Shown one piece after another: positions 1 through 7,841 of a DNA stretch of 27,639 nt. Origin of the DNA: Candidatus Zixiibacteriota bacterium. Lineage in GTDB: Bacteria > Zixibacteria > MSB-5A5 > CAIYYT01. The notes below the pieces were generated by a model. That model was not told the origin of the DNA, ran no database searches, and was given only the letters and a program-made list of their open reading frames with translations. Within the stretch, counting starts at the first letter, position 1. Each line of letters begins with the position of its first letter. The DNA lies in contig JBECKX010000149.1 in the NCBI GenBank assembly GCA_040235515.1, positions 1 through 27,639 on the forward strand. The letters run 5' to 3'. A program made the position numbers and the translations under genes.

Positions 1-1
1 C

Positions 2-241
2 CCCTGGCTCGATCGCAAAACTCGGCTCAAACAGATCGCCATCTTCACGCGCACTCACAATGGTAACGACATCGCTGGCGGTGAAATCAGATCAGTCGAT
101 GAAGTGGTAGCTGAAATCAGCGCCGAAGTCAGAGCTCTGGGCCCCATGCGGCGAGCTGCAATCTCCGAGCAATATGGCCTGCTAAGAACGATACAACTGG
201 TCGTGTCGGGATACGTTGCTCCGGTTGTGACCTGCAGTTAG
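2..241 (+). CDS. 3' end of a hypothetical protein (partial, begins before the window)
   Basis: Frame 2 is open from the window edge (PWLDRKTRLKQIAIFTRTHNG...VAPVVTCS) to TAG at 239-241. No recognisable motif. Confidence 0.45.
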   Translation, partial: PWLDRKTRLKQIAIFTRTHNGNDIAGGEIRSVDEVVAEISAEVRALGPMRRAAISEQYGLLRTIQLVVSGYVAPVVTCS

Positions 242-356
242 CCCCTTTGTCTTCGTCTCCCCACTCCTCCCGCGCCCACCTCTCAGGAAAATTCCGATTG
301 CCCACACCCAACAATCCGTATATTAGGAGAGAAGAGGGCAGTTCAGAGGAAAACCT

Positions 357-692
357 ATGTCGCTAACCGATACCAAATCCAAATTGCGCCAGCTAAAGAC
401 CGCTTCAATCCCACTCACCCAGCGTAAGACCGCATCAATCAACAGCGCAATTATCGAGACATCCCTGAAGCGCATCCAGCAGGACGCTGACTTTCGCAGC
501 AAGATCTTCGATAAGATCCGCGCGCTCACCGGAATCGAGGATGTCACCCTCGCGCACGTCAGGGAGTACTTCGCTCAGTCCCTCAGAACCGAGTCGCCCA
601 AAAAGAGCGGAACCAAGAAAACTCCAGCCGCAAAGACGCCGAAATCGAAGAAATCCAACAGCAAACAGAGTACTAGAAAAACCGAGTCTTAG
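357..692 (+). CDS. Small basic hypothetical protein with a Lys/Ser/Thr-rich tail
   Basis: 111-aa ORF with GAGG about 7 nt upstream of the ATG. Its TAG directly abuts the ATG of the next gene. Confidence 0.6.
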   Translation: MSLTDTKSKLRQLKTASIPLTQRKTASINSAIIETSLKRIQQDADFRSKIFDKIRALTGIEDVTLAHVREYFAQSLRTESPKKSGTKKTPAAKTPKSKKSNSKQSTRKTES

Positions 693-1322
693 ATGCCGAC
701 AATGAGGGGCACGGATCGCTACGAAGACAATGTCTTCATCAACTGTCCATTCGATACGCAATATAAACCACTGTTCCGATCCGCCGTTTACACCGTCTAC
801 GACTGCGGCTTTATCCCACGCTGCGCGCTCGAACTCGACGATTCAAGCCAGACCCGCATCGACAAAATCGAAGAGCTGATCGAGCAATGTAAATACGGTA
901 TTCACGATATCTCCCGCACCGGCCTCGATGCCGCCAATCGGCTGCCGCGATTCAATATGCCGTTCGAACTGGGATTATTCCTCGGCGCCAAGCGCTTCGG
1001 TGACGAGAGACAACAAGCGAAACGCTGTGTCATTCTCGACAAGGAGAAGTACCGCTATCAGATGTTCCTCTCTGACATCTCCGGGCAGGATATCAAGTCC
1101 CATGGCAATGAACCGCGCCAGTTAACGGGGGAGATTCGTGACTGGCTCACCAACTCATCAGGCCGTCCCACGCCCGGGCTGAACGAAATGTGGCAGCGGT
1201 ATGGACGATTCAGCCAGGACCTTCCTCTGATGCTCGCGAAGACCAAAGTCCTCCTGAGCGAGATGACCTTCAATGAGTACCGTCTGCTGATCCAGGGCTG
1301 GCTCAAAGTCAACACGCTCTGA
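693..1322 (+). CDS. TIR-like / nucleoside 2-deoxyribosyltransferase-like Rossmannoid protein
   Basis: Motifs VFINCPFD, RIDKIEELIEQCKYGIHDIS and RFNMPFELG follow the pattern of TIR/NDT-like nucleotide-processing domains, with a conserved Glu in ELG. Confidence 0.65.
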   Translation: MPTMRGTDRYEDNVFINCPFDTQYKPLFRSAVYTVYDCGFIPRCALELDDSSQTRIDKIEELIEQCKYGIHDISRTGLDAANRLPRFNMPFELGLFLGAKRFGDERQQAKRCVILDKEKYRYQMFLSDISGQDIKSHGNEPRQLTGEIRDWLTNSSGRPTPGLNEMWQRYGRFSQDLPLMLAKTKVLLSEMTFNEYRLLIQGWLKVNTL

Positions 1323-1449
1323 AGTTAACACTCCGGCACTCGACCGGTAACTCTTGCGGTTTCAACGGCAGCAGCTAACTTAAAGTATTGCGCTCAAACC
1401 GCCGGCGCAGAAAACTTCACCTCACTCCTTAACACCGGAGAGTGGTTTC

Positions 1450-2361
1450 ATGGAAGAGTTTGTAAACAAGTATCTGCTCGATCCAACCGTTGGACGCCTC
1501 GTTACCGCTGCAATCGGAATTGTGGTGGTGGTCGTGGTGGTGCGCTTCCTCCAGCGACTATCTTCGAAATATATCAAAGACTCTAACAGCCGCTATCGAG
1601 CGAGAAAGGCCATGACCTTCCTCGGCTACATCCTCGCAGCCGTCGTGGTCGTCACGGTCTATTCCAATCGCCTGGGAGGGGTAAGCGTAGCGCTCGGCGT
1701 GGCCGGGGCCGGGATCGCCTTCGCCCTGCAGGAACTCATCGCCAGTGTCGCCGGCTGGTTTGCCATCGCGTTCGCCAGATTCTACAAGACCGGTGACCGC
1801 GTTCAGCTTGGCGGCATCAAAGGTGATGTTGTCGATATCGGAATGTTGCGCACCACGCTGATGGAAATCGGCGGGTGGGTGAATGGCGACCTCTACAACG
1901 GCAGGGTTGTGCGCATCGCCAACAGCTTCATCTTTAAAGAACCGGTGTTTAATTACTCCGGTGACTTTCCATTCCTCTGGGATGAAATCGTCGTTCCTGT
2001 CAAGTATGGAAGCGATGTCGGGTTGGCGCGGAACCTGTTGAGCGAAACAGCGAATGAATTCCTGAGCGAGTATGCAGCCGATGCCCGCGTTGCGTGGGAG
2101 GAACTCGTTAAGAAGTACCCGATCGAGAATGCCCAAATCGAACCCCTGATCACCGCGAGCTTCGATGAAAACTGGATCAGCTTTACTCTCCGGTATGTTG
2201 TCGATTTCAAGAAACGACGCACCACAAAAGATCAACTCTTCGCGCGCATCCTCGCCAAAATCGACGCCTCAGGTGGGGCAGTGAAAATCGCGAGCGCAGC
2301 GATGGATATCACTCTCCAGGAGCCGCCGCTCCGCCAGAAAGAAATGGCTGAACAACAATAA
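1450..2361 (+). CDS. mscS: Small-conductance mechanosensitive channel (MscS family)
   Basis: Three N-terminal TM segments, GVAGAGIAFALQE, GDRVQLGGIKGDVVDIGMLRTTL and the FNYS beta-domain motif. GGAG RBS upstream. Confidence 0.92.
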   Translation: MEEFVNKYLLDPTVGRLVTAAIGIVVVVVVVRFLQRLSSKYIKDSNSRYRARKAMTFLGYILAAVVVVTVYSNRLGGVSVALGVAGAGIAFALQELIASVAGWFAIAFARFYKTGDRVQLGGIKGDVVDIGMLRTTLMEIGGWVNGDLYNGRVVRIANSFIFKEPVFNYSGDFPFLWDEIVVPVKYGSDVGLARNLLSETANEFLSEYAADARVAWEELVKKYPIENAQIEPLITASFDENWISFTLRYVVDFKKRRTTKDQLFARILAKIDASGGAVKIASAAMDITLQEPPLRQKEMAEQQ

Positions 2362-2368
2362 AAATATA

Positions 2369-2397
2369 TTGACAAACGATAAGGATATTCCGATACT
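2369..2397 (+). promoter_or_regulatory. Sigma70-type promoter for the DUF2975/YozG-like operon
   Basis: TTGACA (2369-2374), 17 nt spacer, GATACT (2392-2397), about 30 nt upstream of ATG 2429. Confidence 0.55.
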
Positions 2398-2428
2398 CGA
2401 TGTATCACTTCCAATCGAGGTATCCAGA

Positions 2429-2911
2429 ATGTCACGTGGTTCAACTCTCTTTCTAAAGATCGTAGTCTTCTCAATCGGAATCGCCGCCCTCGCAATCTGC
2501 GTCTTCTATTTGCCGGGAGCTGCGAGCCGCGATGCCGCCACGCACCCCGAGACTGCCTACCTGAAGTACCCATTCCTCATCAGTTCCTACATCCTGGCCA
2601 CGCCCTTCTTTATCGCGCTCTTCCAGACTCTCAAATTGTTAACGTACATTGATGCCAATGATGCCTTCTCGGGGATCTCCGTGCGTTCACTTAAGGTTAT
2701 CAAGTTTTGTGCGATCACCATCGTCGGCTTGATGCTTGCAGGTCTGGCAGCAGCCGTATCTCTATTCTACGGCGAAGACATGGCGGGCCCGATTATGCTG
2801 GGATTGATGGTCATCTTTGCCTCAAGCGTCGTCGCCACCATCGCGGCAGTGCTGCAGAAACTGCTGCAGAACGCCATCGATATCAAATCAGAAAACGACC
2901 TCACGGTCTGA
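2429..2911 (+). CDS. DUF2975 (YoaS-like) four-TM membrane protein
   Basis: GAGG RBS at 2417-2420 favours ATG 2429. Four hydrophobic segments and the characteristic C-terminus LQKLLQNAIDIKSENDLTV. Adjacent to a YozG-like HTH gene. Confidence 0.88.
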   Translation: MSRGSTLFLKIVVFSIGIAALAICVFYLPGAASRDAATHPETAYLKYPFLISSYILATPFFIALFQTLKLLTYIDANDAFSGISVRSLKVIKFCAITIVGLMLAGLAAAVSLFYGEDMAGPIMLGLMVIFASSVVATIAAVLQKLLQNAIDIKSENDLTV

Positions 2912-2921
2912 TGAGGTTTGC

Positions 2922-3143
2922 ATGAGTATCATAATCAATATCGATGTCATGCTCGCCAAACGGAAGATGAGCGTAACGGAGCTTTCGCAGCGCGTCGGAA
3001 TCACTATGGCAAACCTTTCCATCCTGAAGAATGGCAAAGCCCGCGCGATTCGTTTGTCGACGTTGGAGGCAATCTGTAAGGCGCTGGAGTGTCAACCGGG
3101 GGAGATTCTTGAGTACAAAGCGGAGGAAGCTGCGCACGAATAG
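2922..3143 (+). CDS. YozG-like Cro/C1 helix-turn-helix transcriptional regulator
   Basis: MSIIINIDVMLAKRKMSVTELSQRVGITMANLSILKNGKARAIRLSTLEAICKALECQPGEIL is the typical YozG-family sequence. GAGG RBS before ATG 2922. Confidence 0.92.
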   Translation: MSIIINIDVMLAKRKMSVTELSQRVGITMANLSILKNGKARAIRLSTLEAICKALECQPGEILEYKAEEAAHE

Positions 3144-3243
3144 GGGGTTGACGACCCAGCAGCTTCTGACTCCTGAACAATCCCTCCCGCCACGACGCAA
3201 CCACGACTGACGTGATTGATGCCGTTTGCGCAGCCAACGACAC

Positions 3244-3272
3244 TTGACTTCAATCACCTTATCCCGTAACCT
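3244..3272 (+). promoter_or_regulatory. Sigma70-type promoter
   Basis: TTGACT (3244-3249), 17 nt spacer, TAACCT (3267-3272), upstream of ORF 3320. Confidence 0.45.
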
Positions 3273-3319
3273 ATCGGAAGCAAAATACAAACGCTCAACA
3301 ACTCAGTGGGGATATTCGA

Positions 3320-4219
3320 ATGAAGGCAGATCAGCTATCAAAGGATGCGGCTAGCGGGGGGATGATGCGTATGCTCGCTACTCTCCTCCTTGCCGCCACA
3401 ATTGCCTCTTGCGCTTCCAGTCATACGCAAAACTCTTTTCAGCGACCCGTGCGCTGGGAACCGCAGCCGCTCTCGCAGCAAGACTCACTCTGGCTCGATA
3501 GCGTGACGTTAGATCTTTTCCACTGCACCAAGAAACTGGATAATGGCGGAAGCTACGGTTTCTTCCTCGTCGGCGAGGTCCACTTGTACAATTCCTCCAC
3601 CTCTCGCTTTGCCGACTCGCTCCTTGCCCTGATGCAACCCGGCCATTTCCTGTCGGAAGGCGCCAAATTCAGCGGCGATACGACAGAAATGGACCGCAAC
3701 TTTCTTAAACTACGGGAGTTCGCCGGCGAACACGGTTTAAATGAGCCGGAACTCTCAAAACTCGCAGAACTACGAGGCATCCCGGTGGTGTTCCTGGAAC
3801 GGCGTGACTCAGTTACTGGCACCTACGAAGGCGTCACACCCGATGAGTCCGTCGCGCTGGAGGCGTCCCTGAAAGCATTCAACAGGGTTGAGGGTCGCCC
3901 ATCCCGGATTATGAGAAACTTGATGTTGCAAATGATGGAGGATCCGGAGAAGCTCTTCGGGCAGGTGCTCAAGATGATGGAGGCATTCGGGATCGACTCG
4001 ACCACTCTGATGAACATAGAAGTCCCCAGGTCGGGAATCATCGATACCCGCAACGAAATCATGGCGTCACGCGCGTTGCCCTTTGTCGACCCCGATAGCG
4101 GTTGCACCCTGATCCGCTTCGGCAAGGCACACGTGCAGGGAATGATAGAACTGCTGAAAAACAACGAATGCGATTGCGAACCGGTAAGCCTGACCGAATG
4201 GTTCACAGCCAACCGCTAA
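3320..4219 (+). CDS. Putative lipoprotein of the TraB/GumN/Tiki-EreA metalloprotein superfamily
   Basis: Hydrophobic signal with a lipobox-like IASC. Motifs LVGEVH, PVVFLE, RNEIMA and FGKAHVQGM occur in the order typical of this superfamily. The true start may be one of the downstream Mets. Confidence 0.6.
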   Translation: MKADQLSKDAASGGMMRMLATLLLAATIASCASSHTQNSFQRPVRWEPQPLSQQDSLWLDSVTLDLFHCTKKLDNGGSYGFFLVGEVHLYNSSTSRFADSLLALMQPGHFLSEGAKFSGDTTEMDRNFLKLREFAGEHGLNEPELSKLAELRGIPVVFLERRDSVTGTYEGVTPDESVALEASLKAFNRVEGRPSRIMRNLMLQMMEDPEKLFGQVLKMMEAFGIDSTTLMNIEVPRSGIIDTRNEIMASRALPFVDPDSGCTLIRFGKAHVQGMIELLKNNECDCEPVSLTEWFTANR

Positions 4220-4689
4220 TCCAATCCAGCAAGCCCGGAGATCAATGAGCAGGCGCTTGACACGATGCCTTTCGATTTGCCACCAGTGGGTGACACCGAA
4301 CGACAGATACCGACAGGACAAAATTCTACTTGACAATAACTGACATTCGCGTATAGATAACTTCAAAGTTTGGTTGGCAGGGGGCTAAGACGGTGATGCA
4401 CGATTTTCGAGGAAGGATGGGCAACTGCTGGGGGTCTAAAGGGTCTGGTTTGTTTTCAATTGCATCGATTACCAATAGTAGCAATTCCTAAAATCCGAAA
4501 TTGGCATTAATACAACATCCAGTCGCTCTCTAAGAGCGTTCTTGATCAAAAAGTCCGGGCTTCGGCAGATACTCACGCTTGTCCGCGCTGTTTCGGCGTA
4601 GCTACGCCCAAGCTCGATTTTCGGAGTTCGTGGAGGCACGAATCTCCTCGGTTTCTTACTTTTACAGGATTCATCCCAGGAGTACTACT

Positions 4690-5562
4690 ATGAGACTTTT
4701 TCGAAAGAGGCAACAGTCGACAGAAGACCTGAGGCTACGGTTCTATGCTGCACAGGCTGGCCAAAAGGGAAAAGAGGAGGCTGCTGCCCTTCTGTCTGCA
4801 GTAAATGGCCGAATATCAAACTTGAGTAACGACTCGGAAAAGGTGAAGCGCCACTTTCAGGCGATGAAAGCTCGCTGGAATGACGCACCGCCAGATGTCG
4901 ATGAGACCCCGGCGCTGAACCAGGAGGAGCATACTGACGCCAAGCGTTATCGGTGGGGCGCTATGCTCTCTGTTGCATTGGAGATGGCGCTCGGTGTTTA
5001 TCTTACGGTCTCCGGCATGCGAGTCCCGTGGATACTCGGAGTTTTCATAGGAATTCTTGGCGCCATCGCGTTGACGCTGGTTTTCAAGGCCGCTCCGTTC
5101 GGGGTTCTGGTAGATAAGGACAATCCTGCCAAGAGCTTCAGAAGATTGCGGATCATCTCCTTTGTATTGGCTTTCTTGTGCGCTATCTGCCTTCTTCCAT
5201 GGTTCTTCTCGCGAACACTGACTCTCTTCGGATGGCTTCTGCCATGGACTGCCAGCATCTGTGCACTCCTGCTACCCGGTCTCTCAGCAGCGCTTCTGTG
5301 TGCGGCTGAATTGAAAGACTATTCAAGAAGAAATTCTGATTTGTACTCCAAGCTCACTCAAGAGAGAGATGAACTGATTGCGCTTCGGACTCAGATCAAC
5401 GACTACCTGAGAGAGTCGGAGGAACCGGCAGAGGTAGCCGTTCGGCGGGGAACTCGGACTCCAGAAAAGGTAGTAAGAAGAGCAAAGAAGTCTGTCGGTC
5501 GATCAAAAGCAGTCACTGAGAACTTAGACACCGGTGAGAAAGCTCATGCGAAGGATAAGTAA
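4690..5562 (+). CDS. Hypothetical four-TM membrane protein with flanking coiled-coil regions
   Basis: AGGAG at 4678-4682 favours ATG 4690. Four hydrophobic stretches lie between charged helical N- and C-terminal regions. Confidence 0.7.
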   Translation: MRLFRKRQQSTEDLRLRFYAAQAGQKGKEEAAALLSAVNGRISNLSNDSEKVKRHFQAMKARWNDAPPDVDETPALNQEEHTDAKRYRWGAMLSVALEMALGVYLTVSGMRVPWILGVFIGILGAIALTLVFKAAPFGVLVDKDNPAKSFRRLRIISFVLAFLCAICLLPWFFSRTLTLFGWLLPWTASICALLLPGLSAALLCAAELKDYSRRNSDLYSKLTQERDELIALRTQINDYLRESEEPAEVAVRRGTRTPEKVVRRAKKSVGRSKAVTENLDTGEKAHAKDK

Positions 5563-6355
5563 GCTCTGTCTAACTTCAATACTGCTAACACTTGCAGTAG
5601 GTGTTTCATCGAACTTGGTTGGCGAAACCAAGTCTAATATGCCAAATCGAATCCTGGTGTTCGCTGATACGAGTGGCTCGCTCGACAGCTATTACTTCGG
5701 AAAAGCGATGGAGGCTGTGTCTGGATTTCTTCCGGACCTGTTTCGAGATTACAGTGTGGATCGGGTGTCGATAATACCCTGGTCAAACATAGGCTCTGTC
5801 TATTCCCTGGCCGCGCACACAGTCACTCTACCGCGAGGCGAATTCACGACCTTTCAGCCAGACTCAAGCATTGAGGGTGAATTGGCACTCTTCACTGGCT
5901 ACTTTGAGGAGCATCTAAGGCAACAACATGACCGCTTTAAAGTAGATAGCACTGTTGCGGCCATTCACTACGATTCGCTCCTCTCAAGCTCCATTGATAC
6001 TTGCGAATCACTGCTTTCGTCCGTACGCCAGGGAAAGTCTGACTGTACAGCGTTCCAGAGCCTTATGAGGCGTATTGCTAACGATGAGAAGGACGCTATC
6101 TGCTTCATTGTGAGTGATGCAAAGGCAGAGTGCCAAACGATGGAGGCAATACCAAAAAGTGCGACGAGTTGCTGTGTTCTCTTCCTGGTTCCGTCGCAGG
6201 GTGAGCTGGCAGAAGACCGCGCAATGCAAGGCCTGTTGGAAAGGCGCGAACTTCTTGGCGAGCTTTACCCTTGGCTGATTGTAATCTCATGGTTTCAATT
6301 GGAAGACGTTAGCTCCGCCAGAATACAATCTGATCCGAGAATGAGCGCCAAGTAG
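5546..6355 (+). CDS. Exported von Willebrand factor A (vWA)-like protein
   Basis: Signal-like N-terminus (MRRISKLCLTSILLTLAVG). MIDAS DxSxS motif in ILVFADTSGSL, with later CTAF and FIVSDA. Overlaps the stop of the upstream gene. Confidence 0.65.
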   Translation: MRRISKLCLTSILLTLAVGVSSNLVGETKSNMPNRILVFADTSGSLDSYYFGKAMEAVSGFLPDLFRDYSVDRVSIIPWSNIGSVYSLAAHTVTLPRGEFTTFQPDSSIEGELALFTGYFEEHLRQQHDRFKVDSTVAAIHYDSLLSSSIDTCESLLSSVRQGKSDCTAFQSLMRRIANDEKDAICFIVSDAKAECQTMEAIPKSATSCCVLFLVPSQGELAEDRAMQGLLERRELLGELYPWLIVISWFQLEDVSSARIQSDPRMSAK

Positions 6356-6372
6356 GTTCGAGTGCCGGTTGA

Positions 6373-6582
6373 GTGTTCGCGCACATTCTCAATGGCTACA
6401 AAACTGGAGAGCCACTTATGATAGGCTGCGCAATGGTGTTCGGAGTACTCAAACTTGTGGCTCTTGTCGTGATAGATATTCTTTGGATAGTAGGGGTAAT
6501 CCCTGCGCCTTGGTGGCTGGGGACACTGCTCATCATCTATACGGTGATCTATTTGGTTGCCATAGTAAGCGTAGTGGGTTGA
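6373..6582 (+). CDS. Small two-TM membrane protein
   Basis: 69-aa strongly hydrophobic ORF starting 17 nt after the vWA gene on the same strand. Confidence 0.5.
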   Translation: MFAHILNGYKTGEPLMIGCAMVFGVLKLVALVVIDILWIVGVIPAPWWLGTLLIIYTVIYLVAIVSVVG

Positions 6583-6751
6583 ACAACTGCACCGGATGGC
6601 CTGAACCACCGCAAGTAGAATTAAGCAGCAGACTCACCGCCCCCCCCAGCCGTAGCGACAACCATAGACAATCTCTCCGGCCACGTCGCAACGCGCGCTA
6701 CTCGATAAAGCTGAAGTTTCCCGTTCCTGACTGCTGTCGCAGGCTTGCCGC

Positions 6752-6796
6752 CTACGGACAGCTCGGAGCCGGTCCACCGCCAAAGATAAAGTTGAT
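6752..6796. repeat. Copy 1 of a 45-bp near-identical direct repeat (3' ends of two dockerin-tagged genes)
   Basis: cta[c]ggacagctcggagccggtccaccg[c]caaagataaagttgat matches 7797-7841 at 43/45 positions. Confidence 0.85.
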
Positions 6797-7576
6797 CAGG
6801 AAAACTGCATCAGCAATCGAGATGTTACCGCTGCTATCGGAATCCCCTCGTGTGCAGCGGGTATTCGTTATCTGTCCTCTAATCTCGCCGATCGGTGCCT
6901 CAGGCGTGTGAATGAGTACATAGAGATTTCCCGCGAACAGGTCATTAAGAAGGTCCGAAGTCATTGGCAAAGTATCTGTCATTGGGCTATGCCAATCATC
7001 AAACGTCAGGATGGGTGGTCCGTTAACGCACGGCGGGCCAACATGAACATGTGCGAACATCGCACTGTCAATCGTATGCACTACCGAAATCCTTAACTCA
7101 CTGCTGTCTGCTGTAAGCACGGCGCTACCAACACCGACATCGGGGCTGCCGGTCCCGTAACAGTCACCGGCTTGATCGCCATTGAGTAAGAATCCGTACG
7201 GGATACCTTTCGGAGCGCCCGGCTTTAGCTGCAGATGCAGGGTGTCCTTCATTGTTGTGGGATGCACAGAGCAATAGTAAGGATAAGAACCGGCTTGATC
7301 ACTCGTGGTAAACACGATTTCCAGCAATACCCCGGGAGTATTCGATACACCCGAATCCCACGCCTTCGGTGAACTCGCCTCAGATGTCGTCGAATGCGTC
7401 CCATTGACCAATATCCACCGAACCGTGTCGCCTTGAACCACTGCTTTATTACCTGGCGAAAATGAAAAATCCGCGACCTCGATTTCGTGAACCGTCGCCC
7501 GCGCGGGTTCAGCCACCAAAGCTATATGGAAGGAAATCGCAGCGATTATGACACAACGAGTTACACTACGCATCAT
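6752..7576 (-). CDS. Secreted plastocyanin-like cupredoxin + CHRD domain + dockerin-like C-terminal tag
   Basis: Signal peptide. Type-1 Cu ligand pattern: His in GTHST plus YYCSVHPTTM. CHRD motifs AHVH and GNLYVLIHT...GEIRGQI. C-terminal GDSDSSGNISIADAVFLINFIFGGGPAP. AGGAGG RBS. Confidence 0.85.
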   Translation of the reverse strand: MMRSVTRCVIIAAISFHIALVAEPARATVHEIEVADFSFSPGNKAVVQGDTVRWILVNGTHSTTSEASSPKAWDSGVSNTPGVLLEIVFTTSDQAGSYPYYCSVHPTTMKDTLHLQLKPGAPKGIPYGFLLNGDQAGDCYGTGSPDVGVGSAVLTADSSELRISVVHTIDSAMFAHVHVGPPCVNGPPILTFDDWHSPMTDTLPMTSDLLNDLFAGNLYVLIHTPEAPIGEIRGQITNTRCTRGDSDSSGNISIADAVFLINFIFGGGPAPSCP

Positions 7577-7796
7577 GCAGCCTCCTGCGGATGAGAAGTA
7601 GACTTCAGGTTTTGGGCGATTGGTCCCATTTCCAAGATACAGAAGTCAACCGTTTTTGGAAACAGCTACTTCATGGATGATCGTTTCCTATTTTGGGGCG
7701 AACAAGAATAGCGAGAGATACTAGAAAGGGCGCAAACGTCGTAGTTTGCACCCTGTGTACGCAGAAGTAACTGGTTTCGATCAGTTGTTGAAGTTG

Positions 7797-7841
7797 CTAT
7801 GGACAGCTCGGAGCCGGTCCACCGGCAAAGATAAAGTTGAT
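7797..7841. repeat. Copy 2 of the 45-bp direct repeat
   Basis: cta[t]ggacagctcggagccggtccaccg[g]caaagataaagttgat. Confidence 0.85.

Noticed and set aside
2369..2428. TTG-start N-terminal extension of the DUF2975 gene in the ORF track
   Set aside because: The TTG is the -35 box of a likely promoter, and ATG 2429 has an RBS.
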